A stretch of 64,000 bases of DNA from NCBI RefSeq assembly GCF_963921235.1, contig NC_086097.1:144524001-144588000 (forward strand). The letters run 5' to 3'. The position numbers were made by a program, and so were the translations under genes. The notes under the pieces are model-generated. The model made no database searches and was not told the DNA's origin. It was given only the letters and a program-made list of their open reading frames with translations. Below, in pieces: positions 50,625-61,929 of the stretch. Within the stretch, counting starts at the first letter, position 1; every line of letters starts with the position of its first letter. This DNA is from Mobula hypostoma (Eukaryota).

Positions 50625-50990
50625 CTGCAGTTGAAGTTCTTTGTAGACAATAAGGTTCCTTTGAAGTATTTTCAAATTTTGTATTGCAGGAATCATGACA
50701 ATCAATTTGCACACTGTGTGTTTCTACGGTTTGTAACATGAGCATGGCCAGATAGCAATGTTGGTTCAGGAAAGAGTATATTCAGAACAGCCAGTGGAGT
50801 TTTCCTGCTGTTTTATTGGAACAATACCATTGGATATTATACACCCACCTAACAGTGCAAACTAGGCTTTGATTTTAATACCGCCACCATCCGTGCACAC
50901 TGGAAGACAGAACCTTGAAACCGCAGCATTTCTCAGTGCCGCCTTGAAGAAGAAACCTTGATCTTTTACTCAGCTCTGGAGAGGCCCTGA
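50625..50990 (-). mobile_element. Ancient Deu-domain SINE remnant
   Basis: TTTGAAGTA, CAATTTGCACAC, ATGTTGGTTCAGG, ATACCATTGGATATTATACACCCACCT and CAGCATTTCTCAGTGC align in reverse with the layout of 15950-16362. Confidence 0.5.
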
Positions 50991-51487
50991 ACTGAGTGAG
51001 GACCAACCAAATGAGCCATTGCAGACAAATTAAACATCCACGTTCATTCAGGCAGCAGCATTTGGTCAGAACGTCTCCATTTCTGTTGTTCAAAGATGCC
51101 GTGAGAACTACTAGATCAGAAATTGTTGAGAGGTCAAAATAACGTTGGTGTTATATGTTGAATGATAAGACCTTCACACTCTCATCATTTAAGATTAATA
51201 GCCACGTGACAAAGGGGTAAAACTTCTTTGACTGTTACTGTTGTTCTGCTTCAGTGATGTGGGTACTGAATTTGGCAATGAGGTCTATGTGAGATCTGCA
51301 TACCCTGCCACAGAAGAACAGAAGTTGGTTCGTGGGCCAGATATGTGGGAGATATGGGAGGGGAGTTTGTACAAGGATGAGAGCTTGAATTCAAGGTCTT
51401 TGTTTAACTGGAACTCAATGTAGGTTAGCAAGTGCAGAGACAGAAGTTAAATGTAGTAGTAGTGTGTTGTACACACACGCACACACA

Positions 51488-52099
51488 CACAGAGTGCGTA
51501 AGTTTTAGGCACATGTACAGTATATGTCCCGGATTCGGAACGGCACCCTCTGACTGACTGACTGATACAGTATATACCTAGTGTGCCTTAGACTTTTACA
51601 CAGTGCTGTATTTGTCAAGGTTGAGCGAGAGCAAGTTTGTAAATCTAATGGGAGCAAAGGATGTTGGCAAAGGTGAGGGTGGTGCACCATGGGAGGTATG
51701 TGGGACAAGTGGCAGAGAAGGAGTGTTGTGGTGGGATCTTGGGGGAGTGGCTGTCATGGGTACAGAAACATTCAGCCCCGATACACCAGGCAAGGTCATT
51801 TGATTCCCAACTATTGGTTTATTGATCATTACAGAATGTCTCTCTGGTGCTCCCTGCTCTCTCCCCTCTCCCTTCCCCCTTTCTCAACCTTGATTCCACT
51901 TTCCCTACCCATTTCCCATTCTCAGTCCACAATAGAAACCCATATTGGAATCAACTTTATCATCATTCACATATGTCATGAAATTTGGTTTTTATTTGCG
52001 GCAGCAGTACAGTGAATACATAAAATCACTACCACATTGTGCAGATGGCTTAGGCACACTAGCTGAATATATGTGCCTAAGACTTCTGCACAGTACTGT
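51488..52099. mobile_element. Tc1/mariner-type composite non-autonomous element: two mini-MITEs (about 51488-51610 and 52032-52099) flanking a ~420-bp spacer
   Basis: The TIR variant GTGCCTAAGACTT(T/C)TGCACAGTACTG occurs at ~51583-51608 and 52073-52098. Degenerate inverted copies (...TTAGGCAC) occur at ~51490-51512 and ~52035-52057. CAGT...TA ends are typical of Tc1. Confidence 0.65.
51526..51565 (+). mobile_element. 40-bp retroelement 3' tip (RTE-like) with (CTGA)n tail
   Basis: 10-bp TSD TACAGTATAT at 51516-51525 and 51566-51575. Confidence 0.75.
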
Positions 52100-53649
52100 C
52101 TCTCTCTCTCTTCTCGATGCTACTACTATATACTATATATTTCTTCAGAACCAACTTCAAAATGTGAAATATTCCTACAACCTGCAGTGAGGCATGTAAG
52201 CAGTCAAAGAACATTGAACAAAACAATGGTCTTTGCTTGTTTAAAAACTGGCAGAGATTAAACCAGTGCCACCATTGCCTTGTCTTGTCCTCCAATAACC
52301 TTGCACTCAGGAGTTGTTCAAAGAACAAAGCACGAGAAACAATAATTATAATTCTTTTTCTCTGTGGCAATTAACTGTTCCTCTAGTAAAGCTTTTAAGC
52401 ACAGTATTGGCAAAACATTGTAACAATTCTTTGTGGATGGTCTTAGCAGGTTTATTTTGGAAACGTAATCCCATTGGTGTGAGGATTGGTGTCATACATC
52501 TGTGAACCCCTCTATTAATCCGTTAAGTAATATATCAATTAAGCTAGTAATAAATCTGCTTATATACATCTATTATCTAAGCCTAATGCCCACCCAATTC
52601 CTATCTCTGGCTTCCAGCCAAGAACGTGGCATAATGGTTCACGGGAAGAAAGATCTAGAATTAGTTGAAGGGAGCCACTGTGGACTGATCACTAAGCCAG
52701 TGACAAGGGATCAGATGGCAGAGTACAGCCCCAACTGGTTGAAGAAAAACTCATTCTGAAATAGGGAAAGTTAACAGCAAAACTGAAGAGCAGATCCCAA
52801 AAGATATTTCTCCTTATCTAAAATGTACATATCTACATCTGGCCTGGATTTCTTTCCTGGGCATAAACTGAACTAGTGAATGCCACCACGGGGCCTGCTT
52901 ATACCCCTCAGTCAGCTTATGCCAAACTCAGTTCCTCATTCCTGTCTTGGGAACTTTGGACTTACATGAAGACGCCACTTTGCATCATCTCTGCGAATAT
53001 ATTGCTGCTGTGCTCAACCACATCACAGTGTTCAATTTTCGCTCTTGATGGCTCCATTGTAACATTTCTCAGACCTATATGCTGCTGCAGTATATCTATT
53101 CCATAAATTCTGACCTTATTGTGGATTATGAGCCTTTAACTTCCTCATCTCCTAACTATTAAATATTGAAAGGCCTGGATAGAGTGGACATGGAGGGGAT
53201 GTTTCCAATAGTATAGGACCAGAGGGCACAGCCACTGAATACAATGACATCCTTTTAGAACAGAGATCAGAGGTAGGAAGGAATTTATTTTGTCAACTCC
53301 CAGACCAGCCAATGATGGAACCCTGAACTCTTGGCTTGACTGATTGCCCTCATGCCTCCTTGTGTCTCTTGCTTGCACAGCCTTTAACTGCAGTACGGAG
53401 GCCTGGCAGTGAGCGTTCTTCATCACCCAACTATGTTATTGACCCTCGAGCACACAGCAGAGAAATGGACCTGCTGGCAATCACTGTAAGGAGCTCGAAG
53501 GAGAGACAGGACAAACTTAGTTTGTGGTCTCCGGAGCAACAGAGGCTGAGGGATGACACCAGAGGAGCACTTTTTTTACATGGAGTTCGGAAGGTGCTTG
53601 GAGAAAGCCCTCACAACTAATGAGTACACTTGCACAGAGTTCTGTCACA

Positions 53650-55420
53650 AGACTGGCGAGCAGGATTAAGGAAGACCCCAAGGCATTCTACAAGTATGTG
53701 AAGAGCAAAAGGATAAGACGTGAGAGAATAGAACCAATTAAGAGTGACAGTGGATAAGTGTGTATGGAACTGGAGGAGATAGCAGAGGTACTTAATGAAT
53801 ACTTCGCTTCAGTATTCACTACGGAAAAGGATCTTGGCAATTGTAGGGATGACTTACAGTGGATTGAAAAGATTGAGCACACAGACATTATGAAAGGGGG
53901 GATGGGAGAGGTTCTAGAGGATTGGATGGTTGCAGATGTTGTTCCCTTATTCAAGAAAGGGAGTAGAGATAGCTCTGGAAATTATAGACCAGTGAGTCTT
54001 ACTTCAGTGGTTGGTAAGTTGATGGAAAAGATCCTGATAAGCAGGACTTATGAACATTTGAAGAGGCATAATAAGATTAGGAATAGTCAGCATGGCTTTG
54101 TGAAAGGCAGGTTGTGCCTTATGAGCCTGATTGAATTTTTTGAGGATGTGACTAAACACTTTGATGAAGGTAGAGCAGTAGATGTAGTGTACATGGATTT
54201 CAGCAAGGCATTTGATAAGGTATCCCATGCAAAGCTTATTGAGAAAGTAAGGAGGCATGGGATCCAAGGGAACCTTGCTTTGTGGATCCAGAAATGGCTT
54301 GCTCACAGAAGGCAAAGAGTGGTTGTAGCAGGGCCATATTCTGCATGGAGGCCAGTGACCAGTGGTGTGTCTCAGAGATCTGTTCTGGGACCTCTTCTCT
54401 TCGTGATTTTTACAAATGACCTGGATAAGGAAGTGGAGGGATGGGTTAGTAAATTTGTTGATGACACAAAGGTCGGGGGGGGGGTTGTTGTGGATAGTGT
54501 GGAGGACAGTTAGAGGTTACAGCGGGACATTGATAGGATGCAAAACTGGGCTGAGAAGCGGCAGACAGAGTTCAATGCAGATAAGTGTGAGGAGGATCAT
54601 TTTGGTAGGTCAAACATGATGGCAGAATATAGTATTAATGGTAAGACTCTTGGCAGTGTGGAAAATCAGAGGGATTTTGGGGTCCCAGTTCATAGGACAC
54701 TCAAAGCCGCTGCGCAGGTTGACTCTGTGGTTAAGAAGTCATACGGTATATTGGCCTTCATCAACTGTGGGATTGAGTTTAAGAGCAGAGAGGTAATGTT
54801 GCAGCTATATAGGACCCTGGTCAGACCCCACTTGGAGTACTGTGCTCAATTCTAGTCACCTCACTACAGGAAGGATGTGGAAACTATAGGAAGGGTGCAG
54901 AGGAGACTGACAAGGATGTTGCCTGGATTGGACAGCATGCCTTACGAGAATAAGTTGAGTGAACTTGGTCTTTTCTCCTTGGAGCTGCGGAGGATGAGAG
55001 GTGACCTGAGAGAGGTGTATAAGATCATGAGAGGCATTGATTGTGTGGAAAGTCAGAGGCATTTTCCCAGGGCTGAAACAGCTAACACAAGAGGGCTCAG
55101 TTTTAAGGTGCTTGGAAGAAGGTACAGAGGAGATGTCAGAGGTAACTTTTTACATAGAGAGTGGTGAGTGTGTGGAATGGACTGCCGGCAACGGTGGTGG
55201 AGGTGGATATGGTGAGGTTTTAAGAGACTCCTGGATAGGTACATGGAGCGTAGAAAAATAGAGGGCTATAGGTAACCTTAAGTAGTTTCTAAGTAAGTAC
55301 ATGTTCGGCACAGCATTGTGGGCTACTACTACTACGTTGACTCAGGCCTAGGGGGGCAGCGTCGGGCACAAATTGTGGGCTGAAGGTCCTGTATTATGCT
55401 GTAGATTTTCTATGTTTCTG
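53650..55420 (+). mobile_element. CR1 RT + 3' UTR, pseudogenised, with an internal deletion
   Basis: ORFs 53758-54513 (NYRPVSL, QHGF, YMDFSKAFDKV, KFVDD), 54538-54855 and 54877-55167. The PGPDG segment is missing near 53900. Tail TTTTCTATGTTTCTG. Confidence 0.93.
55324..55371 (-). mobile_element. 48-bp retroelement 3' tip (RTE-like) with (GTA)n tail, inserted in the CR1 3' UTR
   Basis: 9-bp TSD ATTGTGGGC at 55315-55323 and 55372-55380. The related CR1 copy at 27341-27352 lacks the insert. Confidence 0.8.
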
Positions 55421-57775
55421 TGTTCCTAAGGCAGCAGCATCCATCATCAATGAGCTCCAGCAACCAGGCCATGTGCTCTTCTCAGTACTGCCATCGGACA
55501 GCAGGGGTAGAAGCCTTAGGTGTCACAGCACCAGGTCTGGGAACAGTGATTACCTTCAACCATCAGGCTTCTGAACCAGCATGGATAACTTCAACCATCA
55601 TTACTCTGAACCGATTCTACAACCTACAAACTCACTTTCAAGGGCCCTTAACAAATCTTAGACACAAGAGGTACCACAGGTCCTGGAAATCTAGAGCAAT
55701 ACACACAATGTGCTGGAGGAGCTCAGCAGGTCAGGGAGAGTCTCTAGATGGGAATAAATAGTCAGCGTTTCAGGCTGAGACCCTTCATTAGGACTGGAAA
55801 GGACCCACTGAACTCGTGTCTATACACCTAGACTCTATCTTATTCTCATTGGTTCATTTCCTTCCTACCTGCATCTGTGCAACTTCACAAACTCTCGATC
55901 TCTTCAAAGGCTTTCAGCTCCCTAGCCTTGAGCATCTCATTTTCACTATGGACCAATCCCTATACACTTCTGTCCCTCATGAGGAGGGCCTTAACGCTCT
56001 CTGGTTCTCTCTGACAATGGAGCCAACCTGCTCCCCTCCACTACCACTCCTCCATCTGGTGAAACTGGTCCTCACCCTCAACAGTTTCTTCTTTGACTCC
56101 TCCTACTTCCTTCAAACCCCAGCTGCAACCATAGGCACTCTCATGGGTCCCAGCTAGGCCTGCCTTTTCTACGGCTACGTGGAACATTCCATGTTCCAGG
56201 CCTACAGTGGCATCACTCCCCAGCTCTTCCTATGCGACAATGACGACTACATTGGTGCTGATGCCTGCACCCATGCTGGGCTCGTCAATTTCATCAACTT
56301 TGTCTCCAAATTCCACCCTGCCCTTAAATTTACTTGGTCCATTTCTGACACTTCTGTCTACTTTCTCGACCTCCCTGTCTCCATCTCTGAAGACAGTCTA
56401 TCTACTGATATGTTTTATAAACCCACAGACTCTCACAGCTCTCTGGACTTCACCCCTTCCCACCCTGCCACTTGTAAAACTGCAGCCTCCTTTTCTCAGT
56501 TCCTCGTCTCCACCACGTCTGTTTTCAGGATGAGGCTTTTCATTCCAGAACACCTCAAAAGTCTTCATTTCTCCACCATCAATGCTCCCCTCTACTGCAT
56601 CTCTTCCATTTCCTACATATCTGCCCTCACCCCATCCTCCATCCACCACACCAAGGATAGGGTTCCTCTTGTCCTCACCTACCATCCCACAAGTCTTTGC
56701 ATCCAACACATAATTCTCCATAGCTTCCGCCATCATCAATGGGATCCCACCACCAAGCACATGTTTCCCTCTTCCCCCCCACTTTCCGCTTTCCCCAGCA
56801 ATGGCTTGCTACACAACCCCCTTGTCCAATCATCCCTCCCCTCTTATCTCCCTCCTGGCATTTATCTTTGCAAGTGGAATAAGTGACACACCAGATCCTA
56901 CACTACCTCCCTCATTATCATTCTGGGCTCTAAGCTGTCCTGCCAGGTGAGACGACACTTCACCTGCAAGTCTGTTGAAGTCATCTACTGTATCCTGTTC
57001 TCCCATTGTGGCCTTTTGTATATCAATGAGACCCAACTGCTTCATTGAGTATCTTTGCTCACTTACTTCAATTCTACTTCCCATTCCCATTCTGATGTGT
57101 CAATTCATGACCTCCTCTGTTGCCACAATAAGGCCACTAGCAGTTTGGAATAACAACACCTTCCGTCTGGGTAGCCTCCAACCTGATGGCATGAACGTCA
57201 ATATCTCAAACTTCTGGTAATTATCCCTTCATCATTCCCCATTCTTGTTTCCATCTCACACCTCTTTTTTTTCTGCCCATCACCTTCCTCTGGTGCTCCT
57301 TTCCCTTCCCTTTCTTCAGCAGTCTTTTGTCCTATCCTATCAGATTCCCCCTTCCCCAGCCCTTTATCTCTTCTCTTCCACCAATCAATTTCCTAGCTCT
57401 TTCTCTCATCCCCACCCCTCTCCTGATTTCACCTATCACCTGCCACCTTGTACTCCTTCCTCCCTACCTCCACCTTCTTATTCTGACTTCTTCCTCCTTT
57501 TTTCAGTCCTGATGAAGGGTCTTAGCCCAAAATATTGACTGTTTATTCCCATCCATAGATGCCGCCTGACCTGCTGAGCTCCTCCAGCACTATGTGTGTA
57601 TTGCCCTTAACAAATCATGTTCTCAGCATTATTTTTATTTACGTAGTCCGCCTTCTTTTCACATTTGCTGCTTTGTCAATCTTTGTCTATGTATTTCTTT
57701 TCTCTTGCAGATGCCTGCAAGAAACTGTGGTAATATATATATACTTTGATACTAAATTTATTTTGAACTTTGAAG
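55421..57775 (+). mobile_element. Rex-type 3' fragment split by the Penelope insertion (pieces 55421-55657 and 57603-57775)
   Basis: GCAGCATCCATCATCAA...CCAGGCCATG...CATCAGGCTTCTGAACC, then CATGTTCTCAGCATTATT...AAATTTATTTTGAACTTTGAA, parallel to 34875-35295. Confidence 0.75.
55658..57602 (+). mobile_element. Penelope-like element: inverted 5' pLTR, RT remnant, GIY-YIG remnant, 3' pLTR; pseudogenised
   Basis: 14-bp TSD GCCCTTAACAAATC at 55644-55657 and 57603-57616. Peptides SLYTSVPHEEGL, LVLTLNSFFF, GTLMGPS, FHPALKFTW, FLDL, YKPTDSHS.LDF..SHP and PLVLTYHP. Degenerate hammerhead motifs at ~55761-55797 (-) and ~57503-57541 (+). Confidence 0.92.
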
Positions 57776-57879
57776 TGTTGTTGAGCCTGAAGGTGTGGAT
57801 ATTCTTGTTTTGACATCTAATCTGCAATGCTCTATGGAATTCTCTCAATACTGCATTCCTGTATCAACCTACAGATTGA

Positions 57880-58345
57880 GTCGCCTGGGACTGTATTCAC
57901 TGGAATTCAGAAGAATGAGAAGAGATCGTATAGAAACATATAAATTATGAAAGGGATAGATAAGATAGAGGCAGAAAAGTTGTTTCCACTGATAGGTGAG
58001 ACTAGAACTATGGGACATAGCCTCAAGATGCCGGGGTGGGGGGGAGGTGGGGGGAGGTGTAGACTTAGGATGGAGATAAGGAGGAACTACTTTTCCCAGA
58101 GAGTGCTGAATCTGTGGAATTCTCTGCCTAATGAAACAGTGGAAGCTACATCAATAAATATATTTAAGACAAGGCTAGATAGATTTTTTGCATAGCAGGG
58201 GAATTAAGGGTTATGGGGAAAAGGCAGGTCGGTGGAGATGAGTCCATGGCCAGATCAACCATGATCTTATTGAATGGTGGAGCAGGCTTGACGGGACAGA
58301 TGGCTTACTCGTGCTCCTAATTCTTGCATTCTTATGTTCTTATAT
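57880..58345 (+). mobile_element. CR1 3' fragment
   Basis: ORF 57947-58195 KLFPL.GETRT.GHSLK...FSQRVLNLWNSLP, with tail TTCTTATGTTCTTAT. Confidence 0.88.
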
Positions 58346-58384
58346 AACCTGGGTTCTGTGTACACTTCTCTGGATGGGAGCTTC

Positions 58385-58825
58385 TAGTAGTAGTAGTGCG
58401 ATCACTTGAGTCGAGTATGATGTTCTTCTCAGGAATTGTCCTGGGACGTTAGGTGAATTCCATTAATGGAGAATGCCTGTGCGTGACTTTGTTTAATATG
58501 GGGAGACTGATGCACGAGCATCCACCATATGGTCTTTGTCAAGTTGGTGTCAGCATCCAGTGGATTGGAATGCAAGACAATTGGGGACACTACACTGCTG
58601 CAGCCTTCATTGTCATTATGATGTGTCATCCTCTTCCACCAGCTCCACTGTTGAGGCCTTGGTTGGATTGCTCTTTGTCTGAAATTTCCCCCTTGACCTT
58701 ACCACCATGAAGACTCTACCAAGAGCTAAATGCCAAATGGCTAAACTCCCAATGGCAGCACTCTCAGCACCTCAGGAACTTACAAGCCTCTCCACCACTA
58801 CAAGGTAACAATCCTTGGAGAAGAT
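58385..58825 (-). mobile_element. Non-coding RTE-related retroposon (second bipartite family) with (CTA)n tail
   Basis: Minus-strand 5' end ACCTTGTAGTGGTGGAGAGGCTTG...CATGGTGGTAAGGTCAAGGGGG resembles Rex3/RTE 5' UTRs. (AGT)n on + at 58386-58398. Confidence 0.6.
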
Positions 58826-60184
58826 AGTCTTTAAGTGAAAGGCAATTGTACTATCACTGATCCAAGGCAGACTGTGAGATCCTATGATATAATAACTCAA
58901 AAAGAGTCAATATCATCAGCAATGGATGCAAGAACAATATTTTTCAAAAGTGAAAATTCAGTGACAGTATGAAAACCAGACTGAGTTTGCCCCAACCCAC
59001 CTGGCAAAGAAATGTTGGATTTGGTCAAGTGGAGGTTGTAGTTAAACTCAAAGTTATTTAATATATTGAAACATAGCCAGAATTACTGTTTCAAAAGAGG
59101 CTAATTCATGAAAATTAACACACAACCCAGCATTTTTTATCAAGGAGTTGACTGTAGTGTTACTGATCTTTTACTGATACAAGCACATTGACAGGGAGAC
59201 TTTGTCCATGTAGTGACAGAATGGCCCTTGCAAGTGGAATTACACAGGGCCTTTTATTTTTCTTTTGATTTCACTGCTGCGGGTGTAAGCAAAGTGGGTG
59301 AGAGTGGGAAGGAGCTGCTGGAGTCTTTCCAATACCATTGATTCTGACTGTAAACATTCACAAGCGTATTTTCCAAGTTGCCTTACATGGTGATTAGAGA
59401 AATTTCTTCACTCCACTTCCCCTCCTCCACTGACTGCTTCCAGCGCTACATTTTCACCGGGAGAGAAAAGTGCACATTTGTCCCTGTGAGAGTTAAAATG
59501 ACTAAGAAATATCACAAATGCTGTCTCCTCAAAATCTTCAACTTCACTGGAAGGGTAAATAATGCTCTACCCCAGGCGCTCCTCCCCAGTACCCACCCTA
59601 GTTACTCTCAGTCCATTAGGCTGACCACATTGCTCCCATGCCTGGCACTAGACTTCTGAAGTAGACACTGTTCAAACTGCAAAGTGTTACAAGTGGACAG
59701 AAAAAATAGTTTCACAGATGGTGCACAAACCTTCTGCATAGATATGCCATTTTTTCCACAAACTCTTGGGAATTCTCTGTCCCCTGACCACTCAGTGTGA
59801 GGAAAGTGGATCTGGGGAGCCCTGCGTAAGTGGAGGAAAGAGTGGACCAATTTACTAATTCTCCACTCATCAGCTACGTTCTGCCCCATCTGTGCAAAAA
59901 TTTGCCACCTCTGATCCTACCAAAACAGAGCCGTGTTCAATCCTGAGAGACCGCCTAAGAAAAAGAAAACAACTCTATTGTACTTTATGGATGTGCAGGT
60001 TAGATCCAAATTAAAGGGAGAATTCAGATGTGTAAGATAACCAAATATGAGAACACAACAAAAGAGCAGGAATAAGACAGTTCAAGTCAATCCTACCACC
60101 AGTGAGAAGGCAGGTGTTGGGATCCAATGTCTTCTCTGGGTCTCAACATATCTAACTGTAACTGGATCTTGGGCTTTTTGACAG

Positions 60185-60980
60185 AAAGATCACAGTCTGT
60201 CTGTGTTGGTGGTAATATCTCCAGCTCAGTGAGGCTGAGCATTGGCGCTCCTCAAGGCTGTGTGCCTAGCCCGTGACTGTTCATGTTGCTGACATATAAC
60301 TGTACTGTTAGATCCAGTTCAAATTGAATTATCTTTCATGGATGATGCAACAGTGGTTGGCCTTATCAACAACTATTCCGTGAAGGCTGCAGAGAGGAGT
60401 TAGAGTGGCTGGTAGAATGGTGCGAGCACAGCAACTTGAGTCTCAACATCGACAAGACTACAGAGGTGATTGTGAAAGGTGCAGGCTGACCACTTCTCAC
60501 TGTATATAAACTGCTCCTCTATGGAGAGAGATAGGAGCATGAACTTTATGGGAGGGCACAAAATGGGTGATCTTACTTGGTCCCTCAACACTACCTCTTT
60601 GGTCAAAAAAGCACAGCAGTGACTCCACTTCCTAAGGAGACTGAAGCAAGTGAGGCTTCCCCACCCCATCCTAACTAATTTTTACAGGAGCACCATTGAG
60701 AGTGTCCTGTTGAGCTGCATCACCACCTGGTCTGGGAATTGAGAGGACTCTGACCACAAGACTCGAAAAAGGATTGTGAAGGATCATCCCGGTCACTCTT
60801 CCACCCACCAGAGATAATTATCAGAAGTGTTGCATACTCAAGGTTGTTAGTATTTTCATTTATCCCTCCCATCTGTCCTACAATCTCTTTGATCCCTTAC
60901 CATCAGGCAGGATGTACCATAGCATTAAGACAAGGATTTTTAGGATGGGAAACAGCTTCTTCCCCCAGGCCATGAGACTT
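60185..60980 (+). mobile_element. Rex1/Babar-type RT 3' fragment, degenerate
   Basis: GGCGCTCCTCAAGGCTGTGTGCCTAGCCC (GAPQGCV.SP), ATGGATGATGCAACAGTGGTTGG (.DD.TVVG), CTCAACATCGACAAGAC and CCATCAGGCAGG (PSGR). Confidence 0.8.
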
Positions 60981-61207
60981 AGTTTCTGACCTCCACCCTT
61001 GTGAAAACATCAGTATCTATTCTGTCAATTCCCTTTAGATGTTAAGTGAGATCACCTCTCATTTTTGCAAATAATTCAGGTTGAAACATTTTTCAAAAAT
61101 CACACCTTCAGCCCAGGAATCAATTGAGTACATCTTCTCTGCCTTTCCAACATTATGAAAACCAAAAGTGTATGTAGTACTGAAAATCACATCAGATCTT
61201 CCTTACT

Positions 61208-61715
61208 TATGAAACATCCTGGTTTCCTTGGCTGCATAAGTCTAGGGCAGACACTCTCAAGTCCCACCAAACTCATGAGATTGAGATGGCTAAAAGAAAA
61301 GGCCTCATTCTAATTAAACTGTCAAATGTGCACAAGTTGGAGATCATCTTGAACTTCTCTGTCACTCACACTCTGGGCCCTCAGTCAGTGTGAACGACCA
61401 CACCACCTTCTGAATGTCGCTCGCAATCCATCTCGAACAAACGGGTCTCCCACCAGATTGTATGCTACGACCGGTTCTCCCCAACATCTTCTCTCTTCAT
61501 CTCCTGTCGAACAAAAAACCCCAAGCCCAGCCTTAGTGTCCCTCACCAGAGAAACCTCCCCTTAAATTGACCTTCCTAATTGGATGGCATATATTTCTCC
61601 TCATCTCTTATCTTCAACAATAACCCAAACAAGCAGAAAACAAGCTGCTCTTAAACAACTTCTCAAAATTATATACATACAGCATAACAGTAAAAATATG
61701 AACCAAGGCAATACA
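61208..61715. mobile_element. Probable degenerate solo LTR interrupting an old minus-strand CR1 (~61030-61890)
   Basis: A ~510-bp segment of different composition ending ...GGCAATACA. The CR1 sequence CCTTACT...ATATTCC resumes after it. The left terminus and TSD are not clean. Confidence 0.4.
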
Positions 61716-61929
61716 TTTACATATTCCATATGCCTTGCCAAAAATGCCCACATTTTAGAGTTTCACACCCAATTAAATAACAATTTTCTCTTTCATTCTT
61801 CCTTCCAAAGTGAATAACCTCAAATGTTCCCACACAATATTTTATCTGCCATTCACCTAATCTATCTGTATTCTTTTGTAGATTTTGAAAAAAAAGAATC
61901 AAAAATTAATAAATTTCTTTCTGGGATTG

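Noticed and set aside
57503..57541. Active hammerhead ribozyme
   Set aside because: CTGATGA is intact but GAAAC-GTC has become AAAAT-ATT, so the core is broken. The copies at 5662, 8249, 24350 and 55761 also have broken cores.
6300..60180. Numerous 60-160 aa ORFs outside repeats as host genes
   Set aside because: No recognisable domains, many non-ATG starts, composition typical of random AT-rich DNA, and no consistent splice-phase chain.
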